Below are positions 1-8,050 of a DNA stretch of 64,000 nt, piece by piece. Source of the stretch: Thermoplasmata archaeon (GTDB lineage Archaea > Thermoplasmatota > Thermoplasmata > Lutacidiplasmatales > UBA184); contig JBOGRO010000020.1 in assembly GCA_050749465.1 (NCBI GenBank), positions 47,540 to 111,539 on the forward strand. Reading direction: 5' to 3'. The position numbers and the translations under genes are program-made. How positions within the stretch are numbered: position 1 is the first letter of the stretch; each line of letters opens with the position of its first letter. A model generated the notes under the pieces. The model searched no databases. It was given only the letters and a program-made list of their open reading frames with translations, and was not told the DNA's origin.

Positions 1-518
1 AAGCGCACGAGCAAGGTCTCTCCGTCTTCCTCCTGGTAGACGAGGCGCTCCGGGGAGCGCGCCATGCCGCAGGCGGGGCAGATCCGCAGCGAAACGTCCC
101 GTACCGCGAGCGCCCCCAAGCGGGCGAGGCGGCCGACGATCTGCTGCACGGCGGGGCGTCGCGGGGCACTGTCCCAGGCGCGACCGTCGTCGCCCCCGAC
201 CCAGATCCCGAGCGCAGTAAGGAGCGGTTCGAGCCGCGGCGACGGGGTGGGCGGACCCCCTTCTTCCCTTCGCAGGATCCCTCGCGCCCGTCGGCCGACC
301 AGGATCATCGCCCGCGCGTCAACGTCGGCGGCGACCGCGCGCTGGACCGCGAGGATCCCGGCTTCCTGCGGGGCGAACGCCCCCTCGAACTGGTGGACGA
401 CAGGCCCCTCCGCGGGGCCGACCGGCCCCTTCGCCGGAGGGAGGTGCTGCGCGGCCCAGAGGTCCCGGGCCTCCGCTTCGATCGCCCGGGGGTCGGCCTT
501 CTCGGAAAGCGTCGCCAT
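1..518 (-). CDS. Class Ia aminoacyl-tRNA synthetase-like protein, N-terminal part only (continues beyond left edge)
   Basis: Open minus-strand frame from ATG at 518 to position 1. It is absent from the ORF track because no stop lies in the window. My translation is MATLSEKADPRAIEAEARDLWAAQHLPP...VQQIVGRLARLGALAVRDVSLRICPACGMARSPERLVYQEEDGETLLVR. It resembles the Ile/Val/Leu-RS N-terminus and the WCP-x-C-x-T-ALS-x-EVEY segment. The expected HIGH position reads AFAPQEAG. Confidence 0.4.
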   Translation of the reverse strand, partial: MATLSEKADPRAIEAEARDLWAAQHLPPAKGPVGPAEGPVVHQFEGAFAPQEAGILAVQRAVAADVDARAMILVGRRARGILRREEGGPPTPSPRLEPLLTALGIWVGGDDGRAWDSAPRRPAVQQIVGRLARLGALAVRDVSLRICPACGMARSPERLVYQEEDGETLLVR

Positions 519-659
519 GCGTGGGGGTCTGGACTCCAGGGAATGCACTATGGGGGCCCGCCAGAATAAGCTCTCGGCCCACCGGTCCGTCCCCCGGAGG
601 GGTCGGTTCACGGCAACCGTTATGCCACCCCGGCTCTCCTCGGCGCCCGAGGAGTCTCG

Positions 660-1046
660 ATGGCCTGGACGCAACAGGAGATCCGCGAGCTGAAGGAAGG
701 TCGGTACCTGCTCATCGACGAGGAGCCCTGCCGGATCCTCAGCATCCAGACCTCCAAACCCGGGAAGCACGGGGAAGCGAAGGCGCGTATCGACGCGGTC
801 GGGATCTTTGACGAGCGTAAGCGGAGCGTCGTATTCCCGGTGACCCACAAGGTCCAAGTGCCGATGATCGGGAAGCGCATGGCCCAGGTGCTGTCGCTGA
901 CCGGCGCCGAGGTGCAGCTGATGGACCTCGAGACGTACGAGACGTTCTTCCTCGCCGTCGGGCCGGACGTCAAGGGGGAGCTCGCCCCGGGCGCCGAGGT
1001 CCAGTACCTCGACGCGATGGGCAAGCGCCGGATCATGCGCAAGTGA
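660..1046 (+). CDS. eif5a: Translation initiation factor 5A (aIF5A)
   Basis: 128 aa starting at ATG. The hypusine-loop motif STSKTGKHGHAKA is recognisable as QTSKPGKHGEAKARI. Size and OB-fold C-terminus are typical of archaeal IF5A. Confidence 0.92.
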   Translation: MAWTQQEIRELKEGRYLLIDEEPCRILSIQTSKPGKHGEAKARIDAVGIFDERKRSVVFPVTHKVQVPMIGKRMAQVLSLTGAEVQLMDLETYETFFLAVGPDVKGELAPGAEVQYLDAMGKRRIMRK

Positions 1047-1105
1047 GGGGGGGGCGGCGGCCGCCCTCCGCGACCCGCCCGGCCGAGCGGCATTCGCTCG
1101 CTTGA

Positions 1106-1112
1106 TTTATAA
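1106..1112 (+). promoter_or_regulatory. Archaeal TATA box (TTTATAA) upstream of the giant repeat-protein gene
   Basis: A perfect TTTATAA in an otherwise ~70% GC context, just after the aIF5A gene. GTG at 1134 and ATG at 1143 (same frame) lie 25-34 nt downstream, as expected for a leaderless or near-leaderless transcript. Confidence 0.55.
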
Positions 1113-1816
1113 GGTGGTCCGGGCATCAATCGGGTGCCCCGGATGCCCGAACTCCGTTCTACGGTTCTGGGGGTCTAGGGGGGAAGTCCACGTCGGGAGC
1201 CGGCAACATCGGAGGCGTCGGGTCCTCTCGCCTCACGAGAATCCTACAGGAAAAGGCCGAGGCGCTGAAAAAAAAGCGCCAATCGGCGGAGTCGCGCCAG
1301 AAGGAGGCGGAAGAGCAGGTCGCGCTCCTGGACGCGCTGGGGATCTCCCCGTCGGAGGCCCCCGAACGACTCACCCAGCTGCGGGAGCTTGCCCGACGTT
1401 CGGATTGGGACGGCGTCGAGGAGCAGGCGAAGGCGCTTACCGAGTACCTCGGACGGACCGTCCCGAACTCGATCGAGAGTCGTCGGAAGCGCACCGTCGA
1501 AGCCGCCGGCGCCCTCGCGGGAGCCGGGGTCACCGTCCCCGCCACGATCTCGAAAGAGCTGAACCTCCTCGAGCACCCTCCCGAGGGTTCCACGTGGTCC
1601 GCGACGGTCGACCGTCTCGCGAAGGTCGAGCTCGCGCTCACGATCGCTCAGGAGCAGTACGTCGCGGCCGCCCGCACCGGCGCGCTCGCGGTCGGCCAAT
1701 GGATCGGCCTGAGCCCGGAGCGATCCGCGGAGTTCCACGAACTGATCGAGGCCGCGGCCGCCCCGGCGGCCGACGGTCGCGTCGTCGAGGCGATCGACCA
1801 GATCCGTCGCTCGCTC

Positions 1817-4800
1817 TTGGAAGGACTTCCGGAGGCGCAGGCGCGCCGGGAGGAGGTCCGGGCCGCCGGGACCCGCATCGTGGCCGAGGCGCGCGAGTTC
1901 GGCGCATCAACGACCCGTCTCGAGGCGGCGGTCCGCGACGACGGCGACGCGACGCCCGAACGATGGCCCGAGTCGGTCCGCGCGATCGAGGACGCGATCG
2001 TCGAGGTCGGCGAGGGGTTGCGCGAACGCGGCGGCCAGGCGCTCGACTCGCTCGCGGTCGCGCTCTCCGCGACCAAGGATTACGGCGTCGACCCGGCCCC
2101 GGCGCAGGTCGCGGTCGAGGAGGCGGTCGCCCGGATCAAGACCGCGACGCCGCTCGAGATCATCCCGCTCCTCACCGAGGCCCGCCGGGCCGCCGAGGAG
2201 CCGATCGTCGCGGTGGTCGCCGGTCTTTTGGATGAAGTACGGCCCCGCATCGCCGAGGCCCGCCGGCTCGGTCGGGACCCCTCCGACGTCTTCGCGGCGA
2301 TGAACCGGGCCCGCGAGGCGCTGAGGCTCAAGATCTACTCCGAAGCGCTCGCCGCGAGCCAGGAAGCGGTCGACCGCGTCGGCCGCCTCACCGAGGACCT
2401 CGAGATAGTCCGCGACGAGCTCGCGGCGGTCGAGGAGATGCTCGGGCGCCTGCGCCGCGTCGGCTTTGTCACCGACGCGTTCGACACGCAGGTCCAGCGG
2501 GTCACCGCGTACGTCGAACGGGCGGAGGTGCCGCACGCGCGCGACCTCCTCAAGGAGACCGTCCTCGCGGTCGGACGCGAGGCGTTGCAGTTCTTCCTCC
2601 AGCGATGGAGCTCGCTCGACGGCGTGCGGGAGTACGCCCGGCGGCGCGGCTTCTTGCCGGCGGAGATCGACCGGGAATTGACCGACGTACACGGACTACT
2701 CGAGTCCGGGAACCTCGCGGAAGGGGTCGAGCGGCTGGCGAAGGCCGAGGTCGCACTTCGGACGGCCGCCGAGCCGTTCGTCGCGCGGCGGATCGAGGAG
2801 ATGGAGAAGGGGTTTGCCGACCTCCCCGACGAGACCCTCGCGGCTCCGACGCGTCGGCTCCTCGCCGACGCGGACGTCACCCTGCGGATCAAGCGGGACG
2901 TCATCGGCTCGGTCGAGAGCCTCCGTCGCGCCGAGCGGGACTTCGCCGCCGTCTTCGCCGCCCACGCCTCGTCGCTCGTGGAGGAGCTCGAGGTCGAGGG
3001 GCGGGTCCTTGAGGCGATGGGCGGCGCCGGCGACGAGATCCAGCGCCAGATCGACGAGGTCCAACAGATCTTCAACATGGGCGATTTCGTCCAGGCGTCG
3101 CGCGCCTCCCAGGAGATCCGTCAGCGCGCCCGCCAGCAGCAGCTCCTCCGCAGCGAGGAGGCGGTCTCCCACGCGAAGCTCGCCCTCGTCGAGCTCGAGA
3201 CGATGGGCCTTGACCTCACGAAGTTCCGCGGTCAGCTCGAGTCGGCGCAGTCGAACGCGCGCGCGGCCAAGTACTCCGAGGCGTACAGGGGCGCGAGCCA
3301 GCTCGAGGAGTCGGCGGGGCGCACGTGGACGACCGCGCAGGAGATCCTCGAGGCCCTCAACCACGCCCAAGATCTCCTCGGCCGGGTCCGCGAGTCCGGC
3401 AGTGATGCGAGCTCGTACTACGAGCCGCTCCGCGACGCCCGCGTCGCGTTCCAGGCGCTCGACTTCGACACCGCGCGGGCGAAGCTCGAAGCGGTCCAGC
3501 GGGGCCTGGGCGACGAGGAGGCGCGCAGCGAGACGGGCCGGCTCCTCACGGAGATCGAACGGATGGTCGAGGACGGACGCCGGCTCGCGATCCCGATGGA
3601 AGCGTTCGCTGCCCGGCTCCACGGCATGCGGACCGAGCAGGCGACCGCGGCCCCCGAGGCGACGCGCACCCAGGCGAGACTCGTCCACGAGGAGGTCGTC
3701 GCCCTCCTGCGGCCGGTGCTCGAGGAGAATCTGCGGGGCCTCGAGCGGGACCTCGACATCGCCCGAGGCGCGGGCGTCGACGTCGACCGGATCCTCGCCC
3801 CGCTCTCCGAGGCCCGGCGGCGGATCGCCCTTCGCGTTCCGACCGGGGCGGCCGCGCTGCTCGACGAGGCCCGCGCGGAGTTCGTCGACACGCGCGGTTT
3901 CGTCGAGCACGCCGAGCGCGTCGCGAAGCGGGCGCGCGAGGCGCTCGCCCAGGCCGACCTCCTCCACGTCGAAGCGCCCTCTCTGCGCTCCGCGATGGAG
4001 CGGCTCGAAACCGGGCTCGCGCAGCGGCAGTACGCCCGGGTCGTCGAGCTCGGGGGCCCGCTCGAGCGCGAGCTCCTCCAGGCCACGTACCAGCACGTTT
4101 CGAAGACGCTCGCGAACTTCCAGGCGATGCTCACCCGGCTCCGCCGGGAGGGGAGCGACACGACGATCGCTGAGAACCTCCTCCACCAGGCGCGCATGGC
4201 GCTGGACGAGGGGAAGGCCGTGGAGGCCCTCCAACTTGCCGGCCGCAGTGAGTCCGAGCTCGAGCGTGCGGACCTGCAGCGACGCGTGGCGGAAGGCTCG
4301 GTCCAGGCGGCCGAGCGCTCCTTGAACCGCGCCGTCAGCGAGGGGGTACACGCCCCCGCCGCCGCCGCCGAGGTCGCCGCGTCGAAGGCCGCGTTCCAAG
4401 AGCGGGACTATCCGACCGTGCTCGAGCGCGCGCTGAGCGCGTCCGATGCGCTCGGGGTCGCGCGCGAGAATCACCGGCGGGCCAAGGAAGCGCTCGGGGC
4501 GGCCGACCGGCAGCTGGCCGAGGCGACCGGCCTCGGTGCGGAGGTCGCGGAAGCGGTCGCGCGCCTCGCGGGCGCGCGTCGGACCGCCGAGGTGGGGCAG
4601 TACCCCGAGACGATCCGCGGCGCCCGCGAAGCGACCGAGATCGCGCGCTGGGCGATCGAGAAACTGTTCGCCGGCCCGCTCGGCGAGCTCCGGCAGCTGG
4701 TCGAGCAGGGCCGTCGCGAGAAACTGACGACCGAGCTCGACCCGGTCGAGTCGATCGTCGCGGAGGGCGAGTCGGCGCTCCGGGCCCGGGACTGGGGTCA

Positions 4801-5740
4801 GGCGCGCGAAACGATCGACCGCGCCGGCACCGCGGCACGACGCGCGTTCGAGTCGGTCATCGACGAGCGATGGCGCGAGGTCGAGGCCGACGAGGCGCGG
4901 GCCGGCCCGGTGCTGGCGGCCGAGGCGGCCCGACGCGACGAGGTCCGCCAGCGACTCGCCTCACTCCGATTGCAGCGGGACTACCCGGCCGCGCTCGATC
5001 TCGTTCGCAGCGAGCTCGAGCTCGTTCGGCGCCGACGTCGCGAGCGGGTCGACGCGCGCATCGCCGAGCTGAAGGGTCAACTGTGGGTCGGCGAGCGCCT
5101 CGGCCTCGACACGACGCCCGTCATGCAGACGTTCAGCGAGGCGCGCAGCGCGACCGACGCCGGGCGGCTCGAGGACGCGGACCGACTCCTCGCGGAGGCG
5201 CTCCCCGCGCTCGAGAAGGCGGTGCGCGAACCGCTCTCCCGGCGGCTCAAGGACGTCGCGACCGAACTCAATTTCGCCCAGGAGGGTCTCCACGTGAGCG
5301 TCGGCCCGGTCGTGGAGCGTCTCCGCGAGGTCGAGGCGCTCGAGCGGGACGGCCACCCGGTCGACGCGAGCCGTGCGCTCCTTGCCGCCGAAGAGGACCT
5401 CAACCTCCGCAAGTCGCTCCACCGCGAGCTGACGAACCTCCACTACCTCATCGATGCCGCGCTCGCGCGCGCCCAGCAGAACCGGATGGACACCGCGCCC
5501 GCGCGCCAGCTCCTCTCCGAGTCGATCCGGATCCGGGAGACCGACTACGTCGCCGCGCTCGAGAAGTCCCGCGAGGCGCTCCGACTCCTCCAGGGCGAGG
5601 CGCCGCCGCCCGCAGTCCCCCCCTCCGTGACCCCCGCGGCGAGTTCCGACGCGCCCGCTTCGGAGAAGGCCGCGACGCCCGCGCCGACCACGACCCCCAC
5701 GTTCTGGCCCTTCCGCAAGCGACCCCCCAGCGGCGGGTAG
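1817..5740 (+). CDS. Giant all-alpha helical-repeat / coiled-coil protein (A/E/R/L-rich), function unknown; true start probably upstream near 1134-1143
   Basis: 1307-aa ORF from TTG at 1817. The same frame is open and coding-like back to 1106 with no ATG/GTG/TTG. It contains repeated modules with a recurring aromatic-x-x-A motif (KIYSEALAAS, KYSEAYRGAS, RDYPTVLERA, GQYPETIRGA, RDWGQARETI, RDYPAALDLV, TDYVAALEKS). The C-terminal tail is P/T/A-rich. Confidence 0.8.
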   Translation: MEGLPEAQARREEVRAAGTRIVAEAREFGASTTRLEAAVRDDGDATPERWPESVRAIEDAIVEVGEGLRERGGQALDSLAVALSATKDYGVDPAPAQVAVEEAVARIKTATPLEIIPLLTEARRAAEEPIVAVVAGLLDEVRPRIAEARRLGRDPSDVFAAMNRAREALRLKIYSEALAASQEAVDRVGRLTEDLEIVRDELAAVEEMLGRLRRVGFVTDAFDTQVQRVTAYVERAEVPHARDLLKETVLAVGREALQFFLQRWSSLDGVREYARRRGFLPAEIDRELTDVHGLLESGNLAEGVERLAKAEVALRTAAEPFVARRIEEMEKGFADLPDETLAAPTRRLLADADVTLRIKRDVIGSVESLRRAERDFAAVFAAHASSLVEELEVEGRVLEAMGGAGDEIQRQIDEVQQIFNMGDFVQASRASQEIRQRARQQQLLRSEEAVSHAKLALVELETMGLDLTKFRGQLESAQSNARAAKYSEAYRGASQLEESAGRTWTTAQEILEALNHAQDLLGRVRESGSDASSYYEPLRDARVAFQALDFDTARAKLEAVQRGLGDEEARSETGRLLTEIERMVEDGRRLAIPMEAFAARLHGMRTEQATAAPEATRTQARLVHEEVVALLRPVLEENLRGLERDLDIARGAGVDVDRILAPLSEARRRIALRVPTGAAALLDEARAEFVDTRGFVEHAERVAKRAREALAQADLLHVEAPSLRSAMERLETGLAQRQYARVVELGGPLERELLQATYQHVSKTLANFQAMLTRLRREGSDTTIAENLLHQARMALDEGKAVEALQLAGRSESELERADLQRRVAEGSVQAAERSLNRAVSEGVHAPAAAAEVAASKAAFQERDYPTVLERALSASDALGVARENHRRAKEALGAADRQLAEATGLGAEVAEAVARLAGARRTAEVGQYPETIRGAREATEIARWAIEKLFAGPLGELRQLVEQGRREKLTTELDPVESIVAEGESALRARDWGQARETIDRAGTAARRAFESVIDERWREVEADEARAGPVLAAEAARRDEVRQRLASLRLQRDYPAALDLVRSELELVRRRRRERVDARIAELKGQLWVGERLGLDTTPVMQTFSEARSATDAGRLEDADRLLAEALPALEKAVREPLSRRLKDVATELNFAQEGLHVSVGPVVERLREVEALERDGHPVDASRALLAAEEDLNLRKSLHRELTNLHYLIDAALARAQQNRMDTAPARQLLSESIRIRETDYVAALEKSREALRLLQGEAPPPAVPPSVTPAASSDAPASEKAATPAPTTTPTFWPFRKRPPSGG

Positions 5741-5750
5741 CGGGACGGTC

Positions 5751-6206
5751 CTAGTTCGACGCGAAGCTCGAGGCCGCGCCCATGGGCGGGAGGCCGGGAG
5801 GACCGCGCGGCGGGCCGAGCGGGAGTCGGTCGTACTCGACCGTGTGCTTGATCCCGCGGCGCCGCAGAAGGACCGAGACCTGCTCGGTGATCTGGACGAC
5901 CTCCTGGCAGCGCGCCGGCTTGGTGAAGTAGAACTCGGCGCGCCGCTCGTCCGAGAGCGGGAAGATCAGGCGGAGGCCAAAGGCATCCTGCCGGTTGTAG
6001 CCGGTCGGCTTGCGGTCCCCCTTGAGGTCGCGCAGGTTCTCGTCGAGCAGGACCTCGGGGAGGAGCGGGTCGGTCTCCTTCACGAACGGTCGGTTCATTT
6101 CGACCACCCGGCGGTGGATCTCGGGATAGACCCGGACGAGGTCCTTGTAGGAGCGCTTCGGGTCGAGCAGGATGTGGCCGCTGCGGGCCTTGACCGGTGG
6201 TGTCAC
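5751..6206 (-). CDS. Hypothetical protein, family not recognised
   Basis: 151-aa ORF with a GTG start and balanced, non-shadow composition (ILLDPKRSYKDLVRVYPEIHRRVVEMNRPFVKETDPLLPEVLLDENLRDLKGD...). The tail is proline/glycine-rich. A weak TATA-like CCTAAGAG lies about 26 nt upstream. Confidence 0.6.
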   Translation of the reverse strand: MTPPVKARSGHILLDPKRSYKDLVRVYPEIHRRVVEMNRPFVKETDPLLPEVLLDENLRDLKGDRKPTGYNRQDAFGLRLIFPLSDERRAEFYFTKPARCQEVVQITEQVSVLLRRRGIKHTVEYDRLPLGPPRGPPGLPPMGAASSFASN

Positions 6207-6337
6207 GGCGAATGGAGGGGGAGCCCGCTCTTAGGCGCTTCGGGCCGGAGGTGAAGCGTCTCCCTCGGGCCGGGCGGCCGGATTCCCGCGCCCCGTGGAG
6301 AAAGGCTCAAAGAGCGTACCCCCTACGGAGCGCGGGC

Positions 6338-6441
6338 GCTCCCGTAGTCTAGTGGTCAAGGATAGAGGCCTCTCGAGCCTCTGACGCGGGTTCAAAGCGG
6401 CCGGCCCCACGGGACCGGCCCGGGAAATCCCGCCGGGAGCA
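6338..6441 (+). tRNA. tRNA-Glu (anticodon CUC) with a ~31-nt intron in the T-loop
   Basis: Hand-folded cloverleaf. Acceptor GCTCCCG/CGGGAGC with discriminator A. D-stem GTCT/GGAT with a GG-containing loop. Anticodon stem GAGGC/GCCTC, loop CTCTCGA (U33, CUC, G37). T-stem GCGGG (6386-6390) pairs with CCCGC (6429-6433). The T-loop TTCAAA...T is interrupted by about 6397-6427, which contains the hairpin GGCCGG/CCGGCC. The mature length is 73 nt and CCA is not encoded. Confidence 0.8.
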
Positions 6442-6485
6442 CCTCCCCCCGTCCGATGACGACCGTTCGCCGGCTTCGCTTCGGC

Positions 6486-6500
6486 TTCCTCTTTTTCTCT
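6486..6500 (+). terminator. Pyrimidine/T-rich tract (CTTCCTCTTTTTCTCT), possible archaeal terminator after the tRNA
   Basis: It contains the only T5 run in the local GC-rich region, about 50 nt downstream of the tRNA 3' end. Confidence 0.3.
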
Positions 6501-6683
6501 GACCATAATCTAACCCGTTGAGAAGTCGGAAAACTTCGGGGTCGGCGACCCGATCCGGGAGCGCGCCGCGTTCGTGCGCCGGACGCAGGACCGGTTCCCT
6601 CGCTCGCTGCCGAGCGAACTCGACCGACGCGGAGCCGGTGGCGCCGCCCGCAATCTCTTGAGGGGCACGGCGGTGACGGCGCA

Positions 6684-7544
6684 ATGGGCCTGTCGTATCT
6701 CGTGCTCGCGTCCGACGAGGACCCCGTTGCCTCCCGGGTCGCGGAGCACTGGGGAACTCCGGAGTCCACCGGCTCGCTCGTCGACGGGGCCCCCATCCGC
6801 CTCCTGGGGCCGGAGGTTGGGTTGCTTCGGCGACCGGGTCGGCACATCCACGACGAACGGGTCGACCTTCGGCTGCCCGCGGCGCTTCGCGAGGCGGGCG
6901 TCACGCTCGTCTTCCCGTCGATCCACCGCAGCGAGCAGAACGTCGAGTGCCTCACCGTCCATCCGCTCGGGAACCCGGGGCCGAACTCCGAGGTCGGTGG
7001 GCGACCGCGCACCCTGACGCCGACCGACCCACGTCGCATGACCGCCGCGTTGCGACTCCTCGAGGAGCCGGGCCGCGCGCTGGGGCTCCCGGTGACGTTC
7101 GAGGCGACGCACCACGGGCCGGAGGTGGGGCTTCCCGCGTTCTTCGTCGAGATCGGTTTCGGCGCTGCTGAGGGTCCTTCCGACGGCGCGGTCCGCGCGC
7201 TCGCCCGGGCCATCCCCGAGATCGTACCGAACTCGGCCGACCGCGTCGCCCTGGGGGTGGGAGGAGGCCACTACGCCCCGCACTTTACGCAGCTCGCGCT
7301 GCGGAGGGGATGGGCTTTCGGCCACCTCCTCTCCCGTCACGCGCTCGAGGAGCTCGACGCGGACACCGCGCGGGCCGCTTGGACCGCAACGCCCGGCGCG
7401 GAGGGCGTGCTCTACGCGCGCGCGGAGGACGCAACGCTGACCGCGCTCGCGGGGATCGGTCCCCGGCTCCGCGACGGCGCTGCCCCGCGGCGCGAGGGTC
7501 CGGCGGAGCTTACGACCGCTTCTCGGCCGGCTTCTGGAACATGA
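6684..7544 (+). CDS. dtdA: D-aminoacyl-tRNA deacylase, archaeal type (DtdA)
   Basis: 286 aa. N-terminal LVLASDEDPVASRVAEHW, the central TVHPLGNPG motif and FEATHHGP match the archaeal tRNA_deacylase family pattern. Confidence 0.75.
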   Translation: MGLSYLVLASDEDPVASRVAEHWGTPESTGSLVDGAPIRLLGPEVGLLRRPGRHIHDERVDLRLPAALREAGVTLVFPSIHRSEQNVECLTVHPLGNPGPNSEVGGRPRTLTPTDPRRMTAALRLLEEPGRALGLPVTFEATHHGPEVGLPAFFVEIGFGAAEGPSDGAVRALARAIPEIVPNSADRVALGVGGGHYAPHFTQLALRRGWAFGHLLSRHALEELDADTARAAWTATPGAEGVLYARAEDATLTALAGIGPRLRDGAAPRREGPAELTTASRPASGT

Positions 7545-7767
7545 TCGCGCCGGAGCGGTAGACCGCCTTCCCGAGACGGACCTGCTGCGTCGACGCGACG
7601 CTCGGGCTGCGCTCGGCGAGCATCAGGCTCTCGACGATCTGGCGGAACAGCGCGCTCTGATTGATCTCGGGGTGGCGCTCGAGGAATTCTTCCTCGTCCG
7701 GCGTGATGGTGATGTTCTTGCGGAGCATCCCCTGGGGGGCCGTTTCTCCCTTCTGCGGCAGCCGCAT
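7510..7767 (-). CDS. Ribbon-helix-helix (CopG/Arc/MetJ-like) small DNA-binding protein
   Basis: 85 aa. A beta-strand (KNITITPD) is followed by two helices (EEEFLERHPEINQSALFRQIVESLM). A TATA-like CATATAC is centred about 25 nt upstream of the ATG. The 3' end overlaps the dtdA 3' end by 35 nt in convergent orientation. Confidence 0.6.
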   Translation of the reverse strand: MRLPQKGETAPQGMLRKNITITPDEEEFLERHPEINQSALFRQIVESLMLAERSPSVASTQQVRLGKAVYRSGAIMFQKPAEKRS

Positions 7768-7788
7768 GTCGCTCCGTAGCGCGAGGAC

Positions 7789-7795
7789 GTATATG
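7789..7795 (-). promoter_or_regulatory. TATA-like element (CATATAC on minus strand) for the RHH gene
   Basis: An AT-rich heptamer about 25 nt upstream of the ATG at 7767, implying a leaderless transcript. Confidence 0.45.
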
Positions 7796-8050
7796 TGCGT
7801 ATTGGGCGAGCGGAATCACCTCGAACGCCACGTCGGCATACGGCTCGATCCGGGAAGATCGTCGCAGGCTCGGCCACCCGTTGTCGTGACCCCAGACTTT
7901 GACGAAAGCCAGCTCCGCAGCGAAAACGGAGGAGGGAACCACTCGCTCTAAACGGGCGAGTCGGTCAACGGCCGTTCGGGAGCGACCGTCGGCCTCGGGC
8001 GTTCCCGCTTCGACGACGGTTCCCACTTTTCGAGGGAAGCTAAGATACGC

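Noticed and set aside
64-693. 209-aa plus-strand ORF, together with the 319..582 and 620..1129 minus-strand ORFs, around the aIF5A start
   Set aside because: The composition is Arg/Ala/Ser/Pro-rich and low-complexity, typical of off-frame shadow ORFs in ~70% GC DNA. The region is better explained by the minus-strand aaRS-like gene (1..518) and by aIF5A (660..1046).
1102-2235. 377-aa plus-strand ORF overlapping the 5' part of the giant repeat-protein gene. I also considered the A8 run at 1267-1274 as a frameshift site joining it to the main frame.
   Set aside because: The translation is RGRP-rich junk throughout, while the neighbouring frame is coherent helical protein from 1106 onward. Upstream of the A8 run this frame is not coding-like, so a shift at A8 explains nothing.
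2696-4474. 592-aa antisense ORF, and several others (1907..2692, 2335..3078, 2814..4325, 3418..4197), inside the repeat-protein gene
   Set aside because: These are mirror-image or off-frame ORFs of a GC-rich, GAG/GCC/CGC-rich gene with degenerate low-complexity translations. Only the 1817..5740 frame shows periodic amphipathic helices.
7510-7544. 35-nt 3'-3' overlap of dtdA and the RHH gene, considered as a possible antisense regulatory arrangement
   Set aside because: The dtdA C-terminal tail is low-complexity and poorly constrained, so the overlap may simply reflect a late stop. No structure or motif supports regulation.
7412-8026. 204-aa minus-strand ORF spanning the spacer and the RHH gene
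   Set aside because: Only its first ~85 codons look protein-like. It then crosses the RHH promoter and overlaps the RHH gene out of frame as junk, so it is not a credible intact CDS. It is kept only as a low-interest possible remnant in the findings.
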